From: Nymphaea colorata | Lineage: Eukaryota | Length of the DNA stretch: 64,000 nucleotides | Direction of reading: 5' to 3' | NCBI RefSeq assembly: GCF_008831285.2 | Contig: NC_045138.2 | Span: forward strand, 15,438,001-15,502,000 | Shown here: one piece after another, positions 1 to 13,201 of the stretch | How the letters are laid out: the number at the start of each line of letters is the position of its first letter | Position numbering within the stretch: position 1 is the first letter of the stretch | Program-made: the position numbers and the translations under genes | The notes under the pieces: model-generated | The model's input: only the letters and a program-made list of their open reading frames with translations | What the model was told of the DNA's origin: nothing | Databases searched by the model: none

Positions 1-567
1 CCTCATGTCCGTCGTTCACCGCTACTATTTGGATGATAAATGAAGAAATTTAATATGAACTAGAACGTTGGGGAGTGCTCATAATTGCTGATAATTAAGT
101 TAAGAGGAAAATTTTAATGAAAAAAATAGTTCCCACATTTAATTGAGTCATGATACATTTGACTGTATATGTGGTTCCTCGTCCAATGCGTCACTGAAGA
201 GCTCTTTTTTCTTCTTCTTCTTCTTCTTTTCTTGAATTTAAAGATGGGATAGAGGGAGAGCCACACGCCGCTTGTGGAAGTGAATTTCCTTTGATTCTGG
301 GAATATATACCTAACGGCTGCTTTTTAATGTAATGTAAAGAGAGTAAAATAGATGTTGTCTCTGTACTTATTCTGCCATTGCTTAGAAAAATATCACTCC
401 GGAAACACATCTGAAGTTCATCTAACAATAGCATGGTGCTGGTCAAAAGAATCTTTGCTTTTCTTTCTATAGAAAAAATTATCCACCCATTCGTTCAAAT
501 ATACCAGCATTTATGGCCATAAATGCCACTACTTTCTCCTTTCTCTTACTACAACATCTCTACCCCA

Positions 568-610
<43 letters not shown>

Positions 611-1172
611 GGGAACATCTTTATTCATCAAGAGATGGGAGAAACTTTTCTTCAAGTGAACTCTTAGTGATGTGTTGCAGCATGGGAAGAAAGAACACCT
701 GTGTCCCATCTGTAGGCAAGTCCACTAACAATGCAGTGGGGAACACATTTTATGCGCACCTCGTCGTTCCACCAAAACGGTGGAACGGCAGAACAGAACG
801 TCGTCGTGCCTTGTGAACATCGTGTTCTGTACTTTGCATCAAAAATCCCGGCCCTAAGTTCTTTGTCAGTCAGACGAAGTTCGCATCCATGGCGTCCGGT
901 TAGATGAAAAGAAAGAACGACACCTCGTCAAGTAAAATCCACTCTGTTTTTTTCACGGTGGACCGCGACGTATTTTTCCTATATACACTCACATCGACTC
1001 CCATGTGATCCGCTCAGTAATATTAATTTCTTTTACATAGTCATCCTTCATGACTCTCAGAGACAGTAGAAGCTTAATTTCACCAAGAAACAACAGCTGT
1101 CTTGTCTGTATTGAGCTCAGTTGGTGAGTCCAGCAGTGCTTACACCCATGCATCTTCCAGGACACACTCATT

Positions 1173-1174
<2 letters not shown>

Positions 1175-1234
<60 letters not shown>
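1175..1234. repeat. Compound (CT)n(AT)n microsatellite
   Basis: Read directly from the sequence. Other (AT)n or compound tracts lie at ~573-606, ~35467-35507, ~42200-42274 and ~43318-43362. Confidence 0.95.
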
Positions 1235-1369
1235 TCAGTTGCCCGTGCACATGCCCATGCCGCATGATTGCTTACCTTCTGCACGTATGGGGGGATCCAG
1301 TCATTTGCTGGAAATATAATTGAGAGGGAGGAAGCGCAATTGAAGCGTGAATAACAACTGGTGGCAAGT

Positions 1370-2640
1370 TTATCTAGAACAATTGAAGCATGAATAACAA
1401 GAAGCAGAATCTTTGTCATTTTCTGAGTAGGCAGATGCAAGTTTATGTGGAACATCCAATACAGAGAGCTTATCCCTGATCAGGTTACCTAGAGGAATCA
1501 CATGAAGTTCTGCCACATTCAGAAAACCTACTCCAAATTCGAACCTGGTATTTTTGACAGCTACCATTTGTGCAGCGAGATGATTATGAACTTCTTGCTT
1601 ACGAGTCTCTTCTATCTCTGCACAGTAATCTCAAAATTTGCAATCCCTTACGGTCATGTCATGAATCGGTGCATATCATAAAGGGTAGGTACCATTCAAA
1701 CAAGCAGTACATTGAATTGGGATAAATTTATTCAGACAAATCCAGCCAAGGATATAAAAGTTTAGCATAATTGACAGGAGACTCGAGACAAATCGTCAAA
1801 AGTTGATGGGAAGCATCCTTGATGGTGCCTGTTTGTCTAATTTTGTAATCGGATTCTGCACGCTTGGACACTTATTCCTGGATCTTCTTAGTTGTCCTGA
1901 ATTATCCTCGATAGAGTACCACGGACTCGAGTTGGATTGATCTGGTGCTCTAAACCATGTGCCATCTATCTCATTCCAGCCCCAATGCCCACACTACATT
2001 GTTCAAGAAGAAGCTTCATGGAAGCATTGTGGGGAGGAAGAGAAGCAATATTAAATGAAATATGAGGTAGCCCTAGCTGGGTGCTTCATTTGTCCTGTTC
2101 AAGTACAGCACAGAAAGCAGAAATAATATAAATCTCTATGCCCATGTGCTCTATGTTCCATGTAATAGCCCGATATATCGGTTCAAGTAACTTCAAGGAA
2201 GCATGAAATTAATCTTTATTGACTGTGCTGACAACAACGCAAAGTTTTGTGAAGCATCGACGGTGTCGTCTTTAGAGAGAAACTAAAGAAAATTCTTCTT
2301 CGTCTTTTGAGTTAACAGGATAAGAAAGAACCCAAAAAGTTCGCACAAAATACCAAAAAGATATATACTTAATTATGGAATTGTTGGTTGTTGTTGACAG
2401 ACAAAATGTCATTAGATTCCAGTGATTCTTGTGCGATTGCTTGGAAACAGTAACCTCTATGAGATGTTTCTTAATGTTCTTGTTATGGCTTTTCTTAGAC
2501 AGCCATATACTAGTTTAGTGTTTTTTCCGTAATTATAATAAAGCAACCAACCGCTCTTCACCAACCATATTCTTTCTTTTCCTTGTTTGTCAAGAATGAC
2601 TATTATTGCGTAAGTCTGGTTGTCAATTGATCTGTTTCCT
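1370..2640 (-). pseudogene. Decayed coding-like segment of an unidentified multi-copy family, copy 1
   Basis: Minus-strand translation with stops and frameshifts gives FWVLSYPV..., FHASLKLLEP...WNIEHM, ASMKLLLEQC...GMR*MAHG and RFEFG...NLI. Related motifs recur in the same order in the copies at ~4110-4983, ~5500-6900 and ~8450-9750. Confidence 0.55.
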
Positions 2641-2836
2641 AAAGAGCATAAGAAAAGTGAGTGGGAAGTCGATCGATAAGATATGTGTATGTACCAAACT
2701 ACCAGAAAGTAGACTTCTGAAAGGGGCTCAACTTTGTGCAGCCTTGGACTTGATTTCCTTATTTTAGATTTTAGACGTTTAGATGCATTAATATATAGTA
2801 GCAGGACCTCTTTAGACACATTAATGAGCTTCGGGG

Positions 2837-2979
2837 TTTGAGTTGGACATACTTTACATCCTTCAACTCAAGTGTAGCACTTGCTTTGAGTTGGACATAC
2901 TGTACATTCTTCAACTCAGGTGTAGCACTTGCTTTAAGTTGGACATACTGTACATCCTTCAACTCAAGTGTAGCACTTG
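2837..2979. repeat. Three tandem copies of a 48-bp unit (minisatellite), each with an internal inverted repeat
   Basis: Units start at 2837, 2885 and 2933 (tttgagttggacatactgtacatccttcaactcaagtgtagcacttgc-like). The arm ttgagttg pairs with caactcaa. Confidence 0.92.
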
Positions 2980-3615
2980 TCACTGTTTGTAATGCAAAGA
3001 AATGATACACTGTAGTGTGACAACGACCAAGAGAGCCCCTTGCCTGTGCCTCGGAGGCAAAATAACCTTAAATATAAAAATTAACTTTGAATTGCAAATT
3101 ACCAAAATACACATTGTTTTGATCAACTTATGAACTTTCTTATATAAGTAATTAGCTTATGATTGAATAAGTGATGGGGAAGAACTATCGATACATGTAG
3201 TTCGGGTGTGCAAGCCAGCGGAGTGGGTCATCTCTAGAACCAGATGGTTGGAGCTCAGATTCGAGTAAAGGGTGCAATTGCCCGATTCCAACCTGCCAAA
3301 TTGGATATATAATAATATGGATAGTATCCAAATTCAGTTGAGGAAAATGTGCGAATTAAAATAATTTTTCTTTTGGATTCCTTGAATGCAATTTGGATGC
3401 TGATTGTAACTCCTATAAGATCAACTACCGGCAATATATGGCCCAGATTTTTTTTTTTTTTTTTCTGAAAATGTAGATACATTTATGAAAGTCAAACATG
3501 GTTAGCGAGGGACTTGAGACATTTCGTCGAACTTTACGGTGCATCATTAGTGGTTCTTGTTTTTTGTATTATTATTGGGTTTCTCACATCTAACAAAATC
3601 AGACAAATCTTCTTA

Positions 3616-3746
3616 GGGGTCATTTGGCAAATGAAAAGTGTTTGTAATTGATTCATGCATATGCCCCAAGGTTTGAGGCTGATTACTTATTGAGGCGTAT
3701 CCATAGAACAGGTATATACAAACTGTTCCTTTAACCAAACGGGCCC
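3616..3746. mobile_element. Short Tourist/PIF-Harbinger-like MITE (degenerate)
   Basis: Ends GGGGTCATTTGG ... CCAAACGGGCCC (9/12 inverted match), flanked by TTA and TCA, which fits an imperfect 3-bp TSD. Confidence 0.45.
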
Positions 3747-4109
3747 TCAATTGTTTTACATCCCCTCACAATGCCATAGAATAATGCTCAATGGTGTTAG
3801 TCCTGGAAATCCATGAATTCTCTCCAACAAGAGCTCCATACATTTGATTAATTAGGGGGCTTAGGCAAAAGAACTTGAGTGATAAAAGTTCAACAATCAA
3901 ACTGCGTCTCTTTCCCCATGATCTGCAATACCTGGAACATAGTGTTCTTATTCATGAACTGATATAGGCTCCAGTTCAGGTTCGAATCTGTCAAACCCAA
4001 AACTCAAGTCAATTTGGGATTGGTCTTAGCATAATCCAAGTCAGAACTTGCCTAAGCCCTTAAACTTGGTTGTTATAAAAAAATTAGATAAAGCAAGAAA
4101 GAAAAGAAA

Positions 4110-4983
4110 AATGTGCGCTACCAGTCTCATGGCCATACCTACACCTCTATGAGTGCTCTACATTATTGAAGAAGAAGCTTTCTTGGAAGCATGGCAAAAG
4201 GGATGATCAATGGTGCATCAATAAAAGAAATCTGAGGTAGCCATATACAGGTGTCCAGTTTTTCTTATATATAAAATATAAAAGGCCAAGAGTAGAACAG
4301 TACATCCATGTGCCGTGCATTTCATAGCAAAGCCCAATATCTGTTGGCTCAAGAAGCTTCATGGAAGCATGGAAATATGCTTTATCTGTTGACTTAACAG
4401 CCGCATAGAATATATGCAAGCGTGTGGCAAGAGTATCATCTTGGAGAGAGCACAGAAATTCTCCTTCATTTTAGTGGTTAAAGGATAAGAAAGAACCAAA
4501 AACTGGTTGTCCTTCTTCAAGTACAGAGGAGGTACCATGGTAGAGCTGTTCCTCACGCCAGGCATGGCGTCATCTCAGAATAACTCCATTTGGTGCTTTC
4601 TGCAGAACTTGGGGATCGTTGGGCAGTTCTCAGAAATCAATGGCGAAGCTTGTCGAACTGTTGTTTGTTGTTTGGAGACAATGGCAGTCAAACAATGGAG
4701 TGCCCCCAAATACTGATCAATTGGGTAGCTGTTTAGGGACATTATGATTTATAAAGATCTTATGGCTGCTCTTTGGACAGCCTGATATTAGTTTAATTTC
4801 TTTAGACATGATGGGCAACCGATCGGAATCCACCAACTTCTTTGTAAGGTTCTTTCTTACAGCTTTGCGTTCGAGAAGAGCAAGATTCTTGAACAGCGCA
4901 AGATTCATGAACAAAGCTACTTCTTGATCGTTCTCTTCACAGCAGATCATGTGCAAACTGAAAAAATAGTTAAAGGAAATCAT
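4110..4983 (-). pseudogene. Decayed coding-like segment of the same unidentified family, copy 2
   Basis: ORF pieces ENDQEVALF..., FLVLSYPL..., YFHASMKLLEP... and a frameshifted GMAMRLVAH are collinear with the copy at ~1950-2640. Confidence 0.55.
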
Positions 4984-5022
4984 CTCTCGCCTCTGAAAAT
5001 TGAGTCTAATTTATGAAACTTT

Positions 5023-8015
5023 AGGAAAGAGATTCTCTTGTTTGTATGTTAAAAGAGGCTAGTCTCATGCAATTTATTTAAAGACAACGACCCTATTAGT
5101 GTCCCTTGTACACCAGCTACCTACCAGTACCACTTCATTTTTTTGGGGGTTTTTTTCTTGGCTAAACTGGTTCCGGAACTCGATTTAATAATCAGTTATT
5201 TATGTAACGAAGAACAAGAAATAGGAAATCGTCATTTCCTGATCATTAGGTCTCACATGAGAAGGCCTACTTGTGTTCTATTACAAATTTCGATATTTAA
5301 ATAGTTTTCTCTGTTTTTTTTTTACTTTCTATTTTATCAAGTAGCATAGGACAAAATTTTCGACATTTTATTTACATAAAATCTATATAAAGTCTTTGTC
5401 GGGGGGCCGACTGTTGCACACGAGGAAAGAGGGATGCCTTTTGGGGAGGGAAAAAGTTCACACTTTGCTCGCCAGGCGATATTTATTTTCGCATCTAAAT
5501 GAGAGTAAATGAAATTTGCAGAGATTTGTCCTGGGGATACATGGGGTTCGAATTCCAACAATCTACGTTGAAAATCAAATTCTCTAGAATATGTTACAGC
5601 AAATTATTAACGAAACCAAACTCATATCTCGACAATTTACACAAGTTAAATTTGAATTTGGGTCCTGTGGAACCCAATCAAGATTCGTCCAGGTCAATGA
5701 TAGAGCCAGTCTGAAGAGAGGGACCCCAATGAGTCGATGAACACAGTGCTGAATGGGGTTTGAGTTATTCGGACTCACTTGACCATGTTCATCCTTTACA
5801 GTGAAGAAGTTAAGAAAAGATTACATGCAAAAGTTTGTGAATAAAGTTCATGAAAAAATCTTACATAGTTTACGAAACTCGCAGCAACTTTGTCGATGCT
5901 GCCACTTATTACCAACTTTGTCTTTTGTACTCTGCAATTTTTCTTTTTCTTTGCTGCATGATTTTTGTCACTTCCAGTGACGGCTTGTTAAGTATTTTGA
6001 TAATTATTATTTTCATTTCGTCGGGACATATTAGCAGTGGTGATTCTTTCGCTGACATTAGAATCTATACTTTTGACCAATATTATTTGCTGTCGGATCT
6101 TGTCCTTAATAGAGGATTATGGAATAATACTAACACCGAGCTACTCCTCTGAACCCATGTGCAATGTTCCTCATGCCAAGATCTGCAGTAAGCTTCTGAG
6201 AAGCACGCTAACTGCACTGCTTCAGTTTGAGCAGGAAGGTTGGGTGAGTACTTTGTCCTGTTCATGAATAATACATAAAATATAGATGACCTAGAAGGCT
6301 AGAACTCTATATTCATGTACCATATGTTCCATGAAAAAGACTATGGATCCATGGCAGAAGAAAATTCAGGGAACCATAGCATCTATTGTTTATTAATCTG
6401 ATATACAAAAAAGATTTGGAAACATGGCAGGTTTCATCTTAGGGAAACAACAATAATTTTTCCTTGTTTTTCTGCTAAAGGACAATTAAAAGCCTCGAAC
6501 TAGTTACCCGGCTTATCTTGTAGAAAACATATATAAACCATGATGAACTTGTTCTTGTTTTATGTTTGGCATCATCTAATTAGAAACTTCCTTAGTCATT
6601 CTGCAGGAAAAATTAGAGCCTTCCAAGAAAATATTACATGAAATTGTTGTTTGCAGATTGCAGACAAGACAGTCAAAAGGAAGTGCCTTTATATTATATA
6701 TTAATGGCTTTGGCCTGGTGGATTAGAGGCAGTAATCTATGATTAAGTATCTCTGGTTTCTATGGCATGGCTATTCACAGGCAACTGGGCATCAGAGGAC
6801 AACGATGTTATTCCCTGTTTTCCCTTCATGTCAAAAAGGTTTTATTCAAAATGCATGCTAAGACTGATTCTTCATTGTCTTATGCAGATGGAAAACATGT
6901 TCTGAGTTTCTAAAAATTAGCAAATTGCTGGTTGTATAAGAAACATGTGACAATCTATTGGCTCCCTACTTAAAGTACAGCAAACCTGCTTAAGACATAG
7001 CTTGTGGCCCTCGGATCAGAAGACACCAGCAAGTAACCTGTCTGCCTCATGATGCCAAATCCCCTTGGGGTAACAAGTGTTCCACTGTTAGGTACTCATT
7101 GTTTAATTGAAAGAAGTAAAGTTCCGATGAAATTGAAAGAAGCAAAGTTAAACGTAGAGGATTCTAAGACATTCTCATTGAACATCGAAAAGCTTAATTG
7201 CTTGCGGCTTCCAAATTGTAGAGGATTGTGGTACATTTTCCTGAACAACAACAGGTCCACGGCATTATCTATACTCTATGATCAACCTCTGCAACAGGTT
7301 CCTGAGGAATAAATCACTTTCCACTAGACTACATCTCTGTAGCTAAATATAACAGAGCAATCTGTTAATGATCTCCATAATCTGCTCTGCAAATCAGATT
7401 CCGGTAGCTCCTGAATCTGTTCAGGATATTTCAGTTCCAGTCTCAAGCTGAATCCTGCAATAATAACTGACGACTCTTCATGAAACAATAGACATTCCCA
7501 GCCACCATTCTGCATGAACTGCTGCCTTTTGAATTACACATGACCAAACAGCACTTCCATTCTTCTCAAAGCTTCGCCACATCATGCAATTGTCATCTAT
7601 ATGATCAAGAAAAATTTTTAGTCGAACTGAACTAAATTCAAATTCTAAAGGAATCTGCCTCTCCGAAGAAACTTAGGAACATTCCCGGCTGAAGTTAAAA
7701 TCCCAAAACCGTAATCTAAAGATTTAAGCCCTTACATGGAGGACACTATAATTAACTGTTGCATTCCTTATAAAATGTACATTTAGGATTTTGGATTTCA
7801 GTACAAATGATTACCAACTGCTAACATTTCATTACAGATCTCACAACTTTAAAATGCCAATTTGAATACCAGATTGTGATGTGAAATTCTAGTAGAATTT
7901 GGAGGGACATTTTTGGACGTGATGCGTAGTTTTGTGATCTTTTGGCATTATTTTTTGAATGTATTCTGCACAAGGATGAAATCCAATATCATCGTTTCTG
8001 TAGCGCTTCACTGCC
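5023..8015. repeat. Tandem segmental duplication, unit A (contains decayed minus-strand gene copy 3)
   Basis: Starts aggaaagagattctct... and ends ...caaggatgaaatccaa...tagcgcttcactg. It is collinear with 8016-11582 throughout, with substitutions and indels. Confidence 0.92.
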
Positions 8016-11000
8016 AGGAAAGAGATTCTCTAGTTTGAATATTAAGAGACGCTAGTCTCATGCAATATATATGCAGACAACTACCCTTTTAGTGTCACTT
8101 GTATATTAGCTAAACCTAGCGGTACCACTTTCTTTTTGTTTTCTCTTGCCTAAAACTGGCTCCAGAACTTAATTTAATAATCACTTATACATGTAACAAA
8201 GAACAGGAAATAGGAAATCATCATTTCCTGATCGGTAGGTCTCATCATGAGAAGGCCTGCTCGTGATCTATTACAAATTTTGATATTGGAATAGTTTTCT
8301 CTGTTTTTCGTTCTTTTCTGTTTGATCAAGTAGCATAGAACAAAGTTTTTTGGATATTTTTTACGGAAAATCTATATAAGAGTCTTTGTTGGTGGGGCGA
8401 CTGTTGCACACGAGGAAAGAGGATGCCTTTCGGGAAAAATAACACATTTTGCTCGCCAGGGTATATTTATCTTCGCATTTAAATGAGTCTGAATCAAATT
8501 TGCAGATTTGTTACGGGGAAGTGTGCGCTTCAAAATCCAACAATGTGCGTCGAAAATCAAATTCTCTGGAATATGTTACAGCAAAAGATTATTCAATGCC
8601 AAACTCATATCTCGACCATTTACACTAGTTGAATTTGAATTTGGGTCCTGTTGAACCCAATCGAGATTGCAGAAGTTTGCCAATAAAGTTCATAAAAAAA
8701 TCTTAGGTAGTTTGCGAGACTCGCAGCAACTTTGTTGATGCTGCCACTTATTACCAACTTCGTATTTGGTGCTCTGCAATTTTTCTTTTTCTTTGCTCCA
8801 TCTTTTTTGTCACCTTCTAGTGACGGCTTGTTAGGTACTTTGATAATTATTTTATTTTCATTTCGTCCGGACTTATTATCAGTAGTGATTCTTTCGCTGA
8901 CATTAGAATCTATACTGTTGATCAATGTTACTTGCCGTCGAATTTTGTCCTTAATAGAGAATTATGGAACAACACTAAAACCGAGCTACTCGTCTGAACC
9001 CATGTGCAATGTTCCTCATGCCAAGACCTGCACTAAGCTTCTGAGAAGCATGCGAACCGCACTGCATTAGGATGAGCACGAAGGTTGGGTGAGTACTTTG
9101 TCCTGTTCATGAATAACACACAAAATATAGATGACCTAGAGGGCTAGAACTCTAAATTCATGTACCATGTGTTCCATAAGAAAGCCTGAGGATCCATGGC
9201 CGAAGAAAATTCAGGGAACCATATCATCTACTGTTTACTAATCTGAAAATTAAACCAAGCATATATAAAAAAAAGATTTGGAAACATGGCAGGTTTCATC
9301 TGAGGGAAACAACAATAAATTCTCCTTGTTTTTATGCTAAGGGACAATTAAAAGCCTAGAACTGGTATCCACCTTATCTTGTAGAGAATGTAGACGATGA
9401 TGAACTTTTCCCAACTTTCATGCTTGGTATCATCTAATAAGAAACATTCTCAGTCATTCTGCAGGAAACGTTAGAGCTTCCTTGAAAATATTGCATGAAA
9501 TTGTTGTATGCATATTGCGGACAAGACAGTCAAGAGGAGGCGCCCTTATTAATGGTTTTTGGGTTGGTGGATTAGAGACAATAATCTATGATTAAGTATC
9601 TCTTGTGGGTATGGCATGGCTATTTACAGGCAACTGGGCATCACAAGGCACCAACATTGTTCTTTGTTTTCCCTTCAAGTCAAGGAGAGTTGGTTGAAAA
9701 TTGATGCTAAGACTGATTCTTCATTGTGTTATGCAGACGGAAAACATGCTCTCATGTTTTAAGGCATAGCAGATTGCTGGTTATGTAAGAAACATATGAT
9801 CAATGATCATCTGCTTCCTACTTAAAGTACAGCAAATCTGCCTAAGGCCGAGGAAATTAGTCGCTTGCTTAAGACATGAACTTGCACCCCGTAGATCAGG
9901 AGACACCAGTAAATAGCCTCTGTCTGCCTCATGATGCAAAACCCCCCTGCGGCTACAAGTGATCATCTCTTACTACTCATTATTTAAGCAAAGGCCTTTA
10001 TACTCGTTGTCTTTTTCCCGTAATTATATTGGTCATAGTACTTTGCTCGCTGATTTTCAAAATTCACTTTGGCAAGAAGTAATGTACAGAGATTGAAATC
10101 CAAAGTTTTCTGTGGATTCCTTAGTCAAGAAAATGCTCAGTCAAGTCAACTCTGTCGAACACTGTGAGTCAAAATAGTTTTGAAATTTCGAAGTTAGAAG
10201 ATGTTTGTCTTAAATGTGATCTCTCAAAGTGCTAATGATATTGAATTTGCTTGAATGTGATAATTAATTGCTAGAAACAGAACCACTTTCCACCATCCTT
10301 TGTTTGGATCATTTTCTAATGAAAGAAAAGAAGTCATTCAAATTGAAAGAAGTAGCGTTGAACTACGAGGTTTTGCACTTAGCATGACATGTTTAATAGA
10401 CTAATTCTCAAATAATTCTTACTCCCCAGTTATGCAACTAAGAATAATAAATTTGAAAAGTCATTTTTCTGTTTTTTCTTTTCTCAAAAGCAAAGGTGGC
10501 CTTGCATAGTTACCCATAGTTGGTACTTAGAAGATCTCTCTTCTTCTCAGCATTCTCTTCTTCCTACCTCTCAAAAATGGAATGTTGCAATCATGGTGTA
10601 AAAGGTATGACACAGAATGTCTCAAGGCCTCTCCACTATCTCCTTCTGTCGCAATCCTGTGGTTGAATGAGGAGCGTATGGTCGAGGGAGAAGGTTTTTC
10701 TAAGACATTCTCCTTCAACGTCCAAAAACCTAGATTGTTTGCGGCTTCCAAAGTGTACTTGGATTGTGGTACATTTTCCTGAACAAACAACAGGTCCACA
10801 GCGTGATCTATACTCTACGATCGACCTCTGAAACAAGTTCAAGAGGACTGATAGTTGTGGAAGTAGACTGAATCACTTTGCAATAGAGTACATGTCTGTG
10901 GCTAAACATAACAGAGCACTCTGTTTATGATCTTTGTAATCTGCTCTGCAAATCAGATTCCGGTAGATCCTGAATCTGTTCAGAATATTTCAGTTCCAGT

Positions 11001-11582
11001 CTGGAGCTAAATCCTGCAATAATAACTGCAGACTCATCATGAAACTAGACCTTCCCAACCAACCACCATTCTGCATGAAATTCTTCCTTTTGAATAATAC
11101 ATGATCGAATAGCTTCCTTTCTTCTCAAACCTTCGCCACAACATGCAATTGTCATTTATATGATCATGAAGAAATTTTTTTTTTTCGTGGAACTGAACTC
11201 AATTAAAATTGGCTCTCTGAAGAAAACTTAAGAGCATTACCGACTGAAACTAAAGTCCCAAAACCGTAATCTAAAGATTTAAGTCCTTGGATAGAGGACA
11301 TTATCATCAATTGATGCATTCTTTATGAAACGTACATGTTAGGATTTTGGATTCCAATGTACATGACATAATGATCTTCCAATTTGATGACCCAACTGCT
11401 AATACTTCATTACAGATCTTAGAATTTTAAAATACAACCAGATAGTGAAGCGAAATACTTGGTAGAATTTGGAGGGACATTTTTGGACGTGATGGTAGCT
11501 TTCTGACCTTTTGGCATTCTTACCTGAATTTAATCTGCACAAGGATGAAATCCAATGTCATTTTCTGTGTAGCGGTTCGCTG
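8016..11582. repeat. Tandem segmental duplication, unit B (contains decayed minus-strand gene copy 4)
   Basis: Directly abuts unit A and has the same start and end sequences. Homologous ORF fragments include 6037-6267 vs 8732-9070 and 7324-7515 vs ~10880-11075. Confidence 0.92.
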
Positions 11583-12940
11583 TTAGATCATCCATCTACA
11601 ACGCCGAAGTGGGCAATACATGAGAAATTCTGGATACAAATAACTCATTATTCTCTATATTATGTATATATATATAAGAGTTGTGGATTTCTTCATTTAA
11701 GTTTAAATGAAGAAAATCCCCTAGTCTCTCACAACACATGGCCCGATGTAATTGCCCACATTGCATCGAACTGTGTGTTCAGTCCGATGCAATGTATCAT
11801 TGAATTTTCTGTCGAATGAGTAAATATTGAAGAATTGTTGTCAAAAGTACCGTGTCTTACAAGCATCAGCAACGGCTTAGGATGTAAGAAAGGTTAAGAG
11901 TACTTTTAACACAGTTTATGGTGCTTACAATGAATGGGTTTTAAATATTTACAGCTGTTGTATTTATTATGTGGCCTCCTTCTTTCCAAGGATACAATGA
12001 TAAAGCTGGCGTCTGAAGATAAGTTCAACAATGCAATGGACGAAATTTGATGACAGATTGTGTTACTAGAACTTGCCAATCACAAGAAGGAGAGGAACTT
12101 CGGCTTCCTTTCTCTTTCAGGTGCGAATGTGTTGTCTTATTTCTTGGCGACTTGCATTTGGATCGGCATGATAAAATCCGACGAACAGTAGTTCTGTGCA
12201 CGATTGTACAGAAAATGGTTTTCCATTTGATCACAAATAGGATGACAAATCAGGCCGAAGATATTACTTCAATGATGTGACGTCTTGAAAACGATAATAA
12301 TAAAAAAAGTCTTATCGCGGCACACAAGATCTCTTCGTTCAAGTGGTCATAGACTGCATCTTTCAACTTGAATGTCGCACATTTGATCATTGGCAGATTA
12401 AAAGAATAGCACCCACATAACTTTTAAGTGCTTCTCGAAACAATTAAAAAAATAAAATAATGTCTCTGATGCCAAAGCAGATAAAAAAATCCATGACATT
12501 AGAAAAGTTGCACGGGACCTAAAATCTTGATGAAATTTATGTCATTAACAAAAAATGTTTTAATTTTTCCGACTTCGTATGAGATGGGGTCAATTCGAGG
12601 GAATTACTAAAGGTTGAAGTTGCATCCGGATCTCGCCAAATCGTTAGACGCAGGTGAATTGTGAACTTTGGATTTGATTTGCCATGTTTTTACGTACGAT
12701 TCCTTATCCCAACAACTATTGCAATCCAAATTGGTTTTTTCGCTTTACATTCTATTCTAGGGGCAGATTCTTCTCTTTTCTTCTTTGATCACAGAAAAGT
12801 GGCACGCGTTTGATGGATAAATTATCTTTCATTTCATGTGAGTGGTACCTGGCTCTCAAACACAATTTTACCCTTCATACATGTTTTAGAGGCAACTTAA
12901 GGGGATAATGAGTAAAGATGATCCTAACATTTTTTTTCGT

Positions 12941-13201
12941 CAGTGTTATTAGTATCCCTCCTACCGTATCGGCCGATACATATTCATTTGTGAACCAAAA
13001 CGGCGAGATTCGGTGGATCAGCTAAAAATATTTAAAAAGTTATTTTCAAAAACAAAAAAAAATATAAAAATAATAAAATAAAAGTAAATTGGAAAATTTG
13101 TAACATGGTCGAGAAGTGGCACTCGAGATCAAATTGGGTCGAGACCAACTGTAACTAAACGGGCTGATTCTGGCCGATTCGGTTCACATCTGATAACAGT
13201 G
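12941..13201. mobile_element. Degenerate MITE-like element (CAGTGTTAT termini); related partial copy at ~14345-14570
   Basis: CAGTGTTATT ... GATAACAGTG imperfect inverted ends. Internal motifs (atcagc.aaaaa...ttaaaaagttatt; gaga.caaa.t.ggtcga) are shared with the ~14345 segment. No TSD is visible. Confidence 0.35.

Noticed and set aside
1743..1753. CAGCCAAGGAT matches the start of miR169; TGAAGCTGCC at ~35728 matches the start of miR167
   Set aside because: Only 10-11 nt match, and there is no precursor hairpin or star strand.
2837..2979. Regularly spaced palindromic repeats as a CRISPR-like array
   Set aside because: The units are contiguous near-identical copies with no unique spacers, in plant DNA with no cas genes.
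4207..4419. HASMKLLEPTDIGLCY resembles the EDS1/PAD4 EP-domain motif (LVEPLDIA), and DCKF*DYCAEIEE near 1600-1650 resembles SCFWAxVEE
   Set aside because: That reading frame has stops in the paralogous copies, the flanking EP motifs are missing and the spacing is too long. It is not supportable without an HMM search.
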